The translations under genes and the position numbers were made by a program. The notes under the pieces were generated by a model that did not search any database, was not told where the DNA came from, and saw only the letters and a list, made by a program, of their open reading frames with translations. 64,000 bases of DNA. It comes from Lama guanicoe (lineage: Eukaryota). Positions 25,346-38,165 of the stretch are shown in pieces; position 1 is the first letter of the stretch; each line of letters opens with the position of its first letter. Location of the stretch: the NCBI GenBank assembly GCA_013239625.1, contig MU053629.1, forward strand, positions 3,375,567 through 3,439,566, given 5' to 3'.

Positions 25346-28300
25346 AATGAGAAGGCAGCTTCAGGAGGCAGGTGGGGAGGAGAAGAGTGTTATTTCTACC
25401 ACCAGATGGGCTAGGAAGGGGTCAGCAGGGGCTGGAGCACAGAGCGGGTACTCCTATTGTGTAGCCGTGGAAGGAAGAACTCCGAGAAGGGAAGGACCTG
25501 TCTGCATCACTCACTAGTCAAAATGCAAAGTCTGGCTGCAAAGCGGGCTCCCCAGCTGAACCTGAGTGGACACTCTGCTGCGTGGAGCCTGGACACTGAT
25601 GACAGGGAGACCCCGGCCAGGGGTAGGGGGCGTCCTCTTACACATAAAGTTCCTATGGACTTCCCAGCCTTGGCCTCCTCCACATACTGCACTGGAAACT
25701 CGGAAATCCAGCTTCACCGCTCACAGCTATGCCCTTGGGCAAAGCATTTAATGCCTCTGAGTCTCAGTGTTTCATGTGTAAACAGAGGGGTCATTCCTAG
25801 AAAGTCATGTTGAGAAGATGAGATAACATATGTGAAGGCCTGACACCCTCTTTGTGAAGGTCAGTGAATCCCAGAGGAGGTCCTTATCCAGGACTGTCCC
25901 AAATGGGCCTAAACAAACTTCTCCCCCTTGTCTGGAATTCCCTCCCCCAATCCTGGCCAAGTAATTAAGTCTTCAGGAGAAACTGTGAAGTCCTGAGCCA
26001 GCCCCTGGGAAGCGTATGAACCTCCCGCTGACATGAAACTTGTCAAGATAACCCCAGGGACACAGATGCTCACCACCTTGACACAAGGCCAACAGCGTTT
26101 CCAAAGGTCAGTGACTTGCGTGAATCTTTGCCAATCACGTTGCCTCTATTTGGCTCTTCCTCAATCCATTTCTCTAAAATCTACAATCTCATGTTTCCAT
26201 GTTCAGCTACTCCCTTGGTCTTGGGTCTCCTGTTAACTTTGCCCGTTGACTTCCCAATGAGAAAAGCCTCTGCCCCACTGTCACCATAACTGGAACTCCT
26301 GCTGCACAGAAGTTCAGAGCTGCGAGGTCTCTGGGGTGACAGATGAGGGAGCTGAAGCCCAGAGAGGTGGGCGCCTGCACCCAATGGCACAGCAAGATGA
26401 CAGCCAAGGGGGTGACGAGAACCCCATCTCTGAAAGCTGGGTGAGGGCTCACATCTGCCAGCACCACGGTGGCCTCAAGCCCCAGGGAGGTGGCCTCCTG
26501 CTAGAGGCAAATGCCAGGTGCTCTCAGCTGGGGTTCGGTAACCCCTTCCTCAGGGGCAGAAGCCAGCATCAGGGAGGACTCGCCAACAACAAACCAAACG
26601 CTTAGTGCCCTGGGACGCGGAAGCCCCCCAACCAAAACCATCCCATCCGACACCAGATGGCATTTGACTTTAGGCCTAAAGACCTCAGCTGAGCTCAAAC
26701 GCCGGCAACCGGCAGAGAACGTAGCCCCGAACCTGGCTCCTGCCTCCGGGGCTTCCATGCAGAGAGGCAATTAAAAAGGAGGAGGCTGTGCTCTGATTAG
26801 AAAAAGACAAAGGCGGCCACAGCAGGCGAAGCCACAGAGTTTGCCCGGAGCTTGTGCCTGCTCCCTGGGATAGAGGCAGGAGCCCACGAGAGGAAAGGGA
26901 ACCGCGAGCCAGCCGAGGAAGAAGAGAGAGGCAGACAGACGGAAAAGGCAAAACAGACCCTACTTGGCCTCCTTCCGCCAGGGCCGGCCCTGCCAGTCCC
27001 GCCTCCCCAGAATCAAATCGGCCGGTAGTGCTTTATGTAATAAGTCCATTGTGCAAAACAAGATTCAAAGGGACAAGCCGAACAAAGCATCAGTCTCCCT
27101 AACAAAGACCACTCCACTTAGTATATTAGGCGTTCTTTCCACCTGACACACTTTTAAAGGAAGATCTTCAATTACCACGCACCCGCGGGGCAGAGCAACA
27201 AAAGGGCCATCCGGTGACTTTATTCTCAAAGTCTCGAGCAGGCATTGAAATGGTTTTACGTAACAGAGATACTCATCTAGTCCATATAGTTTTGAGAATC
27301 CTTTATGGGGGACTGAAGGGCGTTTGAGACCTGCGGCTGTTTCAAAGAGATTTTCTGCAGCTTATGCATTTACTTTGCCAAAAGCTGAGCTGAGCAAACA
27401 GAGTCCTCTAAATCACGCTCGCTGGCTGCTGATTTACTATCAGGCTTCCGCAGTTTGTTTGGTGGACAGAACCTTGCGGATAAACAGAGACCAGGGTCCT
27501 GGTCCCTCTGCTTGGCCACATCAAATGGATAGGGGCCGCCTTCTAGTGGCCCCCCCTGAACCCCCACCGCCACTTCCAGATTTGGGACTTCCTCTTTCCT
27601 TCCCTTCGGTCCAGCTCAGCCAGGGTAAAGGTGGCCAGAGGGGCAGGTCTTTGTCTGGCTGGGGGCGAGAGAAGACCTCCCTGGCTTTTGCCCTTGGTTC
27701 CAGGTCTGTCTCCATCCCGGGGAATGAGATTGATGGTGTCACTTGACTCCCCCCTTCCCACTCCATTTGGAGCAAAGATGCGAGGCCGGCTCCCTGGGTG
27801 ACAATTTGGCATCGTTGGCTGCTTGAAAAGGAGAAGGAGAAAGTGAAGTGGGAAAGGATGATGGGAAAGGTGACTCTCAGGAGAACCGAGGGAGACGTGC
27901 ACACAAACTCTCTCAACACACAAGCAAGCAGATAGATGTGCCCTCGACAGGGGGTGTGGGAGCCCCGTCCGTGGGGAGACGTGACATACACAAACAGCAA
28001 GTGTACATGCAGACAACATGCATGCGCACGCCCGACACATACGAGGGGAGCTCTTCACGCACGGCGGAACCTAATCCTCACGGATATACGGATATACATG
28101 TGTACATGTAATAAAAGTGAATACTTTCGTGCCATGTGCTTGGTTTGCAGAGAATCACTTATTTAATCTTCACAACAACCCCATGAGGAAGGGACTATGG
28201 CTACACCACATTACAACCAAGTTAACGGAAGCACAGAGACGTTAAGTACCCGGCCCACAGTCACACAGGCAGGAGGCAGCAGTCCAGTTTTAGGGTCCAT

Positions 28301-30069
28301 GATCTTGATCTTAACGTTGTGAGGCACAACATGTCACACAGACACCCCTTTCAAGGGTTGGAAGCCGCGTCCACACGTGCCACCCCCCTGCCCCCAACAC
28401 ACAGCCATATGCTCAAACTGAGATGTCCCCTTCTCAAGAGTCCAGACATATCACATCTCTAGGGTCAAATGAGACCCCAGCGCTTTGGTTCAGGACAAGA
28501 CTTACACTGGGGAGGAGGGTACCGAATATTAAACTACTTCTGCTCTGACTGGTAGGTGGTTGCCACCCCCACCCCTCTCCCAGACCCCACCTACTGATGA
28601 TGCAGCACCTACAGGGTTAACCCCTGGCCCCACAATGGGCTTCTAAGACCCTATTCCCTTCTAACCTATTGCTAGGCGTGCTATACTTGTAGTTAAATAT
28701 TTTTGTTCTTACCCCCAGGATAGACAAGGTGAGGACTGTCCTGGATGTATGCTTGCCATCAGGTGAGGGGCCCAGGCTCTCAGGCCCTCCTTGAGTGATG
28801 GCCGATGCCCGGCCAGCATGGTATGAAGAGGTGTCCAGCTCCCTCAGCCAGGCCCCACCCCACCCACTTGACGGGCAGCTGATCAAAGCCCTTCAAAGAC
28901 AAGGGTACTGAAGTGGCCATCGGGAGGCAGAGGCAGGCTCTGAGTCACCATATGCACCGTCACTGAAGCCACTCAGCTCTCCTTCATCAAAGAGCAAGCA
29001 TCAGAGGAGACCTGGGGACAGGCATGTCCATCGTCCACAAAACCTCATAATGGCCACTCTCTGAAACCTCTCTGCTACAAAGGCCAGCAGTCCAGAGGGA
29101 AGAAGGAGCTTGACAGAACAGAAGGCACTGCAGGAAAAATCTGCTACCTTCCCCTGCCTGACTGGAAGTTCAGCTCAACCCAGAGGGCTGGCCTCCGGGT
29201 TCTGGGGCAGTGGGCTCAGCCCCTGCAGAGCCTCAGGCAGGGTCCCGACTCTTCACACATGCATGACACTGGGTTCTGGGAATCCTAGGAGATGGGGTGG
29301 GGGAGTGGGGACAAGGACCCTAACTAGGCAGGCCACCGTCCACTCTGGGATCTCAGGGCCCTGCCCAGAGACCACACTCTTCGGGTGTCCTTGGAGGGTC
29401 CCTGGGAGAAGCCAGCCCACATGTCCTCCTTCTGATCAACCAAGTTGCACAAAGCATGTTCCCCGCTGGGCCCTGGGCTGGGTGCTAGTGATACAGGGGG
29501 TCCTGAGCCTCGGCTCTCAACAAGCTCACCATCCACAGAAAGAGAGGATGAGGAAGTTGACAGCTACAAGGGCAGGTGGGGGTTAAAGGGGCTGAGATCA
29601 GGACTGGAAGGGGAGAGGAAGAAGGTGGAGTTGGATGGGGCTTCCAGGGACCAAGCAGCTGTGCCCTGAGTCTCCAAAAGCCACCAGGCAAAAACTGCGG
29701 AAGCAGGACCAGGGTTCTAGGAAGCAGAGGCGGCCTGTACAAGGGCCTCAAGAGTGAGTATGCGGAGGATTCAGGTGCCTGGGTGGGGCGCAGGGGATCA
29801 GCAGACCCAGTGGGACCCTGGGGAAGTGAGGGAACACAATGATGAAGAGCCTGGGGTACAGCGTTTGGAGAAAGCTGCAGTAGGGGGTGCGGAAGGGAAG
29901 TACCCAGAAGTACAGGACCGGGGAGGCAGAGTTGGAACAGGTTGGTGGTACCTGATAACTCAGTATTTTCTGAGTCCCTACTATGTGCCTGGCACAATAT
30001 GAGCCACTGAAGACCGTTCACAATGACATGTTTTTAAAAGGGTGTTCCTGCCCTTAAGAGCTTACAGTT

Positions 30070-30560
30070 CATCTTTTCATTCATTCATCATTTACTGAAC
30101 ACCTACTATGTGCCAGGTGCTGTCCTAGGAGTACAAATATCAGCTAGGAATAAATCCAAGTCCCTTGTTCCTCTGAGCATATATTCTAGTTAGAGAGACA
30201 GAAAATAAAATATATATATATATATATATTCATGTCAGGTAGTGACAGTGCCAACAAAAAAATAGGAGAAGGGGTTACAGAAAGATGTCAGGGAGGGGAT
30301 GCTATTTTAAGACGGAGCGGTCAGGAAAGACTCGCTGACAACATGCGATGTGAGAAGACACTGAGTGACATCAGGGAGTGAGCCACATGGACATCTGGGG
30401 GAAGAGCACTTGGGCAGAGGGAACAGCAGCACAGGGATTCTGTGCGCTAAGGCAAGAACATGGGGCATGCGCAGGAAGAGCAAGGAGGGCAGCGTAGGAA
30501 GGAGAGCACAGAGAGGAGATGGGCTTGGCCGCATGGGGCCTGCAGCACAGTGAGAACATC
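30070..30560 (-). mobile_element. L2 LINE 3' region with an internal (TA)n at about 30210-30229
   Basis: cattcattcatcatttactgaacacctactatgtgccagg tail, then ggtcaggaaag, gagtgagccacatggacatctgggggaagagca and gcagagggaacagc. Confidence 0.8.
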
Positions 30561-33519
30561 AGAGAAGCAGCAAACACTCAGCAGGGAGGGACCAGAAATC
30601 AAATGCAGTATTCTGAGTGAGGCTGGAGACAGGTTCACTACTTCAAAGGCTTTACCTGGCCCAGGACATCAGGAAGGGGGCTTATGTAAATGCCCAACTG
30701 CTCTGACACTAATAAAGGCTTCCCCGCTCAGAGGCTGCCCAGTCTGGAGAGCAGAGGTTTAATTGCAGCTGCAGCTGGTGATTAAGGAGAAGCACCTAGA
30801 TCCTTCCACGCTGCATCAGCACAGGGGACACTGCTGGCACTCGCTGCGGGTGGGGGGAGGCCTAGCAGGGAAATTTCAGGTGAGGCCAGCAAAAAACAGC
30901 CAGCTGGACCCCAAAACTCTGCATCCCCTTAACCAAGGTGCCAGAGCACAGCCACCCTCACCCACCGCTGCACGCGCCTTCTCACTTCTTTCACCCCTCC
31001 CCGGGTCCTCCATGCTGCTGCCCCTGGAACAATGGCCCTGCCGTGAGCATGTCACTGGCTGCTTTAACCCTTCAGTGACCTCATGAGATTGTCCGGTCTC
31101 CTCAGGGACGCGCTGCCACCACGTTTTGGCCTGTGCTCCTGCTGGCGGTGTCCTGACCCCGCTTGCTCTTTCTTCTTTGCTCAGGCTGTCCCCTCTGCCA
31201 GAGAGCCCTCTTCCTCACACAAAGGATGCAAAGAGCAGGGGCTAACATTTACCGAGCTCTTACTACATGCCGGGCCCTGGCCTAAACGCTTTCTTTGTGG
31301 TCACTCATTTAATCCCCACGACAGCCCAAAGCAGGAGGTGCTTCATACAGCCCTGTGTTATTTTACTGATGAGAAGACCAAGGAGGAGCGAGGTAAAGTA
31401 ATGGTCTCAGGGTCACACAGGGGAGTGGGCTTCAAAACTTGTGTTCTGTCTTAAGCACCGCCCATCTCTTCTCCTCTTGCAAGTCCTACTCATTTTTCAG
31501 GCTCAGCTCAACTCTGATCTCCTTCAAAGAGTCTTCTTTGATCCCCCTGCCCTTGGATTCCCCAGACAGAATTAGTTGCTTCTCCCTAAGAGGTCTCCCA
31601 GTATTGGGGGTACGAGTCTATTTCATTCATTCATTCATTCTGTCACTCATTCATTCAGTGATTATTCAGCACCAAGTACCAGGCACTGTGCCAGACCCCA
31701 GGTATAACCCACGTAGAAGGCATGAGTCCTCTGCTTCGGGAACTCACTCTGAGTGGGAAAGGTGGACAGGCAAGGTAGCAGCCCTACCAGTGGGATAGGG
31801 CGACAGAGGGCACCCAGAGGCCGTGGGACCAGCTGCCACGTGGCTCCCAAACCACCACGTGGTGCCCTGAAGTGAAACAAGAGGAATCCGAAAGTTACTA
31901 ACTGGAGAGGCGTCCAGAGCACCCACTGGGCCTTGGGGTGCTCGGCCCATGAATTCACTCATGCAGCAACTATTTACTGAGGGCCTGAAAAGCACTCACT
32001 CAGCTGCTCTGGGCATCCGGAATCCGTGCTCTAAGCCCGCGGACTGGGGACGCGATGGTGGCCACACCAGCTTCGGCCACTCAGCCAAGCGACCGCTCCT
32101 TCTCAATCCCCAGCCTGGGAGCATCCTCTGTGTCCTTACCTGCTTATTTAACGTGCGCTTATTATATTGTGCTGGAATTTTTTTTAAGTTAAATATGTAT
32201 TTACAGTATTATATATGGTATATGTATACATAAGCACATACATATATATATAAAACCATTTTTCCCCACTAGACCACATGCTTCTGATTCATCTATTCAC
32301 AGGACTCAGAAGTGCCTCCAAGGCACAAGTATCTAATAAATGTTGATAGATAGATGGGCAAATGGAAGGATGAATGTTATGCTAGGCAGCAAAGCTCAGC
32401 ACCAGGTGTGGGGGACCCCGGAGAGCAGCGTCAGCACTCTTTCTGGTGATGGCAGCAGGCAGGAGTCCCTGGGGGGGCCTCCTGGAGGGTCAGCAGAGAG
32501 TTACTTACCTAGCAGCTGTGTGGAGAGGCCGGGTTTGAGACAGGACCCACAGCTCCATGTACACACACACACGCACGCACGCACGTGCGCGCAGCAACCC
32601 CCACTCACTCCCCTGATCCTGCCACCTATCAGACCCACCTTAGCAGACTTTCCAAATCAAATCAGTTTGTCTTCAGTCCCTCCCTCTCCCTATAAACCTC
32701 TCCACCTGCCGTATTGTATGACCCCGCTTTCCTCTCCTGATCACAGGTCCCTCCTGCCAAGAGAAAACCCACTGCAGGGGGGGAATATACGGACGTGAAA
32801 GTTGATCTCAACTCCAGGGCTTCACTTGGCCACATGGGCGAGTCACAGCCTTACCAGCTGCAGATGTCCTGCTGTCCAAGGGCAGTAACAGTAACACTCA
32901 CTCCTCCAGCCTGTGAAGAGGAAGTGATGCACTGCATGGAAATGCTGGGGAAGCCACCAGGGGTTACACTATTGTTTTTTATGTTGTTGGCAAGTGATAC
33001 ACTGTATGGAAATGCTGGGGAGACCGCCAGAGGTTACTGTTGGAAGTTAGCATTGAATTAAATGTCACAGTGTCTGGTTATAAAGCCCCCCCCAACTCCA
33101 CCACTCACTATAAAACAGGGGCAGGTCCAGAGGCAGGGCAGAAAGTGCTACCATGGGCCCCTCCTGCTCTAAACTGCCCCCAAAATGTAATTAAAATATT
33201 TTAAATATATATAGCTGAGCTCTAATGAGAGCAAGATAAATCCCTAAGTGTGAGAGAAAGGCGGAGGGAGTTGATCGGAGTTGCAGAAGGTCAGATGCTG
33301 ACGCTGAGGCTGCCCATGGAGCGTCGGCCCTCACAAGCTGCTGCCCCCAGTCCTCAGCCCAGGCTGGGAGCCCCGGGGTTAACATCCACACAGGGGCAGA
33401 GGAGGCCCTGGGAGCCGCCAGCACCATGGAGGGGAAAGTTGAAAATGCTGCCCAACCAGCCTAGGGGAAAAACAGCGATTTAGGATGAGGAAAAAATGTC
33501 TTCCGTAAGAAACAAAAAA

Positions 33520-33722
33520 ACCAGGAGGGGGGAGTAGGGAGTGACTGCTTAATGGGTGTGGGGTCTCCTTCAGGGGTGATTAAAATGTTTTAGAAGTATA
33601 TAGAGGTGATGGTTGCACAACACTGCAAATGCACCAACTGCCACTGAATTGAATACTTGAAAATGGTTCGTATTTTGTTATGTAAATTTCACATCAATTT
33701 CTTTTAAAAAGAAAAAAAAAAT
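33520..33722 (+). mobile_element. L1MB-type 3' end with A tail
   Basis: gggagtgactgcttaatgggt...ggggtgattaaaatgttttagaa...gatggttgcacaacactg...gccactgaattg, followed by poly-A. Confidence 0.85.
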
Positions 33723-33904
33723 TCCCTAAGCCTTCACCATACCCTGCATGAAATCTCAAGCCAAATTATCAATGCAAAGATTGGGCATGGGCCAGCAAAA
33801 GCCATTAGTGTGCCTAATGAGCAAATGCGAAACTAGTGTGTAGGGCTCGTGCCCAACCCAGGACATGGGGGAGGGGAGAAAGGCTAAAGAGTTCACAGCA
33901 AAAA

Positions 33905-35340
33905 AAAATATTAAAAAATAAAAATACAACCTCTATGAGGAAACAATTCACAGTTGTGAAGAATTGGCAGTCGTTAGAGCAGGCAGGTAGCTAGATGTGA
34001 GCAGAGAAAGGGCGACAGGGGCAAATAGCAGAAAACCATACATCTTGTGAACAATGGGGGTCCTGGGACAGATCAAGAAAAACAGGATCCTCTGGACTGA
34101 TAAGCCATACCTTCTGGGTTGTAAGTGCCCTGGAGGCAGAAGGGTGGGACAGGACAGGAATCCCCACCATCCGAATGTGACCTTTTGTTCATTATGACCT
34201 CATCCAATTTTCTGATCAAGACTAAATAAGGACGAAAAACCTCTCCTCCCCACCTGGGAAGGCGGAGCTGGGACGGAGATCAGGAAAGACGACCCCAAGC
34301 CCCTCTCTGCCAATGAATATTCTGCGCATTCATTTTTACACCCATATAAGGAGCTTGCCAAGGACACTGGGGCAGCCACCCACCTGGGTCTGCCGGCTCT
34401 TTCCTTGACAGCGTACTGTCCATCCCTGAATAAATCCTTGCTTTGCTTTCTTAACCTCCACGTATTGTCTCTGAATTCTTTCTGTGACAAGACAAGAACC
34501 TCTCGACCCCAACATTATGAACGGGATAATTAATATTTTGGGAACTCGAACTAATAGCTCAGGATAGAACTATCTGAAGAGATGATCAGAGAACTATGTT
34601 TAAAATAATTAAAGCAATTAAGGAAGGCTTAGGATTCATAATGAAAGGACAGGAACTACAGGAAGGAAACACGCAGACCTGAAAAACAGCCTGGAGAACT
34701 CCTAGAAACGGGACATGTCGTCATCGAAATTAAGATCTCGACAGACAGGTTCATTAGCAGAGCAAGGGGGTTTGAAAAATGGATCTGAGGAGAATGTCCA
34801 AGATACGGCCTGGAGAGATAGAGAGATGAAAAATTAGAGCTTAGGAGAGAGAGAGGCTGCGGTGAGAGAGCAGGACACTTTGAAGCTCCAATACGAGCGA
34901 ACTGGGAGAATGAAGGGAAGGAGATATTTGGAGAGATAGGACTTCGAATTTTCTAGAACTGATAAAGGACACGAATCCTTAATTTGAGGAAGATAAACCT
35001 CCGAGGAGCCAACAGTCTGAATAAAAATAACTCCACACCCAGACACGTCCTAGGGAAGCCGCAGAGCACTGCAGTGGGAAAGCAGCCTCAAACTGCTGAG
35101 AGAAAAATACCTGAAAACTTAGAATTTCATAACCACCATCCAAGAGTGAGGGCGAAAGAAAGGCATCTCTCGGCAAGTAAAGCGTGAGAGTTGATCACTC
35201 GGGGACCCTTCTGGAAAGAGCCACTGATAAAAGAGCCTTCAAGAAGAATGAAGTCGAACCGGGAAGGAAGAAGTGAGAGGCAGAAGAGATGGGAGCAAAG
35301 AAACCAGTCAACACGAGTTGAATTTCAACTTAAATGACAA
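33905..35340 (+). mobile_element. Decayed L1/HAL1 ORF1 remnant, interrupted by the solo LTR at 33972-34514
   Basis: Residual translations NFLELIKDTNP (about 34947-34979) and NKNNSTPRHVLGKPQ (about 35020-35064) resemble the L1 ORF1p motifs ENFPEL.KD.NP and K..TPRHI.VKL. The strand is A-rich, with many stops and frameshifts. Confidence 0.7.
33972..34514 (+). mobile_element. ERV solo LTR, copy B (same family as 8192-8769)
   Basis: Starts (c/t)gttagagcaggcaggtagctagatgtgagcagagaaagg and ends ...ccaaca. Has a TATA-like catataagg and AATAAA. Confidence 0.87.
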
Positions 35341-35914
35341 CTGATTGTACAAAGCACCTGCAGTAATAACACAGGGTGCACAAATCCTCGAACAGCATCA
35401 GGAGTTTAGTGGAGTTAAATCTTACCCGCCCGTCAGGTTCCCTCAGTGCAGCCAACCTCCCAGATCTTAAGCTGGGGCTCCCTCCCCCTCAGCCACCCCG
35501 AGACGCAGACTGACCCACCCCCAACCCCAGGCCAGGGTGGTCCCCACTCTGGGGACAACCCAGAGCACCCTCCTCCCGCCTCCAGGCCAAGCTCAGCCCA
35601 TCAGATGTAGATGAAAACCACTCTGTTGGGCTCGGGCAGTCCCAGCAGCCACTGAAAGGGCAAAACGACAGGACCTGGAAGTCTGGGGGAAACACCGCCC
35701 CATGGGGCAAACTCTGACCAAGAAAAACAGGAGACAGAATTGGCAGAGAAATCCCCCTTCCTTGCTGGCTACTCTGAGCTGCGCTCTGTCCCTGTTGCCT
35801 ACGGGGAGAAGCCCCAGATGCCAAGGGGATGTACCTGCTAAGAACCTGCTGGGCTCTTTGCAATTTCCTGGAAGCTGTGGTCAGCACAGCAACCACGCCT
35901 TAATGTAAGGAAGA

Positions 35915-36080
35915 CCACTGGTTTTCCAAGCGTGGTTCCCATTCCAGCAGCATGAGTATCCCCTGAGAGCTTGTTAGAAATGCAAATTTTCCAGCTCCAC
36001 CCCAGGTCGGAATTTGAGACTCTGAGGCTGGCGCCCACTGGGAGTCTATATGGTAACAAGTCTTCCAGGTGATTCTGAGA
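35915..36080. mobile_element. hAT-Charlie MITE (MER5A-like)
   Basis: cagcagcatgagtatcccctgagagcttgttagaaatgcaaatt...taacaagtcttccaggtgattctga. Confidence 0.8.
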
Positions 36081-36179
36081 TTAGGTTATCAGGTACTCAA
36101 TAAAACACCCCCAAGCGCTGTGAATTCTGATCTGTGGCATCGATGGCACCTGTGAGAAGCGACAACACTACTCACTAAA

Positions 36180-36421
36180 TATTTCTGCCCTCTGCCTTCG
36201 AGACCCGCCAGAACCCTCTACCCTCCGCCAAGCCAGCCAGCAACACCCCAGAGAGCAACTGCTCCGTCAGCCTGGGTCTTGGGGTGACGTTGACAAGAGC
36301 AGACCCTAGCTGGCCCACAATGGACATGTAACATGAACAAGAAATAGAACTTAATTATTTTAAGCCACTGGGAGTTGGGTGTTGTTTGCTACGGCAGCAT
36401 AACCAGCCCATCCATTCTGAC
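36180..36421 (+). mobile_element. Old MaLR LTR 3' part (MLT1J/K-like)
   Basis: cagcctgggtc...atggacatgtaacatgaacaagaaata...taagccactgggagttggg..ttgtttgctacggcagcataacc. Confidence 0.7.
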
Positions 36422-37363
36422 ACTGGTGAATATTTTCAAAGAACAGAGCTTTCCGTGGTGCCTCACACCTCACCACATAAGTGACTTAAAATGAGCTCTC
36501 TCTGCAGCGGTAAAGATGCCCACTGCCCTATCTCGCAAGAAAGGATGCCCAGTGATCTCCAGGACGTATTTGATGCCTGGGCCACCAAGAGGGGCCAGGA
36601 CTCAGCCGTATCTGTAGATGATGGAAGGGGATGAGTAGCTCTGGTGCAGATGGTCCCAGAAGGGCTGCCAAGGGCTCTGGGATGAGGATGGCATTTCTGG
36701 GGCAGAGGAAATGGTCCAAAGAGGAGAAAATAGGCCATGATGCATCTGTACCAAGCTTTATGCTCTCCAGGACACTCTCACTCATTGCTTATCTTTCCTT
36801 CTTCCACCCACAGGGATGATCCATCCTATGCCACAGTGGGTCCGGAGAGGCAAAGGGACTTACCCAAGATTGCATAGCAAGCTGGCGGCAGAGCCAGCCA
36901 AGGCTTTTACTCCCAGGCCCGAGTCCTTTACCACCTGCTGAGAAACAGGGTCCAGGAAGGTGGTTTGGAAGGAGACTGACATCCGCCCGCCCCTTCCCAG
37001 AGCGCAGGCCGTGTGTCTGTGCAGGGTCCTGAGCACTCTGGCATCGGGCGGGTTCTCACCAGGTTCTGGTGAACACAGGTTCTCTGGCCTCCAAGGGATG
37101 CAGAGGGAGGAGTGGAGGGTCAGGGGCTGCAGGGCATCAGCTCCTGAATGCTCTCAGACCTACAAGCTTCTCATCTGGCACCCTGGGCACCATCCTTCAC
37201 CCTCTGCCCACCATTTCTCCCTCTCACAAGTTCCCAGACCCTGGGGCCTCCACTCTCCCTTGGAGGGGTGACAAAGCTCATGGAGGGGCCAGCTGGTTCC
37301 GCCTCCCTTTCCTCCCATCACAATAAGCAGGAACAAGAGTGCTGATAATGGCCAATCCCTACC

Positions 37364-37788
37364 TGTTATGGGTTGAATTTTGTCCCCCTAAAATTCGCAT
37401 GTTGAAGTCCTAACTCTCTGTAATGCAGAATGAGACTTTATTTGGAGATAGGTTCTCACAGAGGAAATAAAGTTAAAAATGGTTTATTAGGCTGGGCCCT
37501 AATCCAATATAACTGGTGTCCTTATAAAAAGGGGAAATTCAGAGACATATACAGAGGGTGAAACCCATATGAAGAATGGGGTTATGTTGCCACAAGCCAA
37601 GGAACTACCAGAAGCTAGAAGTCAGGCCGGAAACATATCTCCCTCACACAGGGTCCCTCAGAGGAAACCAACCCTGCTGACACCCTGACTTTGGACTTCT
37701 AACCTCCAGAACAGTGAGACAATAAACTCCTGTTGTTTAAGCCGTCCAGGCTGTGGTGCTTTGCAACAGCAGCCCGAGGAAATCAACA
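37364..37788 (+). mobile_element. MaLR solo LTR (MLT1A/B-like), apparently full length
   Basis: Starts tgttatgggttgaattttgtcccc. Contains ggccctaatccaatataactggtgtccttataaaaagggga and ttggacttctaacctccagaac.gtgagacaataaa. Ends ...aatcaaca. Confidence 0.88.
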
Positions 37789-37800
37789 CCCGCCTCACCC

Positions 37801-38132
37801 GGTATCCCCTCACACCAGTCAGAATGGCCATCACTCAGAAGTCCACAAGAGATAAATGCTGGAGGGTGTAGGGAGAAGGGAACCCTCCTACACTGCTGGT
37901 GGGAATGTAAATTGGTACAGCCGCTATGGAAAACATTAGGGAGGTATCTTTAAAAACTAAAAATAGACTTACCATATGATCCAGCAATTCCACTCCTGGG
38001 CATATACCCAGGGAAAACCATAATTTGACAAGATACCTGCACCCCATTGTTCATAGCAGCACTATTCACAATAGCCAAGAAATGGAAGCAACCTAAATGT
38101 CCACTGACAGACGACTAGATAAAGAAGTTGTG

Positions 38133-38165
<33 letters not shown>

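Noticed and set aside
8192..34514. A single 26 kb provirus or composite element bounded by the two LTRs
   Set aside because: The interior holds ancient MIR, L2 and MER elements and no gag/pol/env or primer binding site. The LTRs are too diverged and differ by a U3 duplication, and I see no shared TSD.
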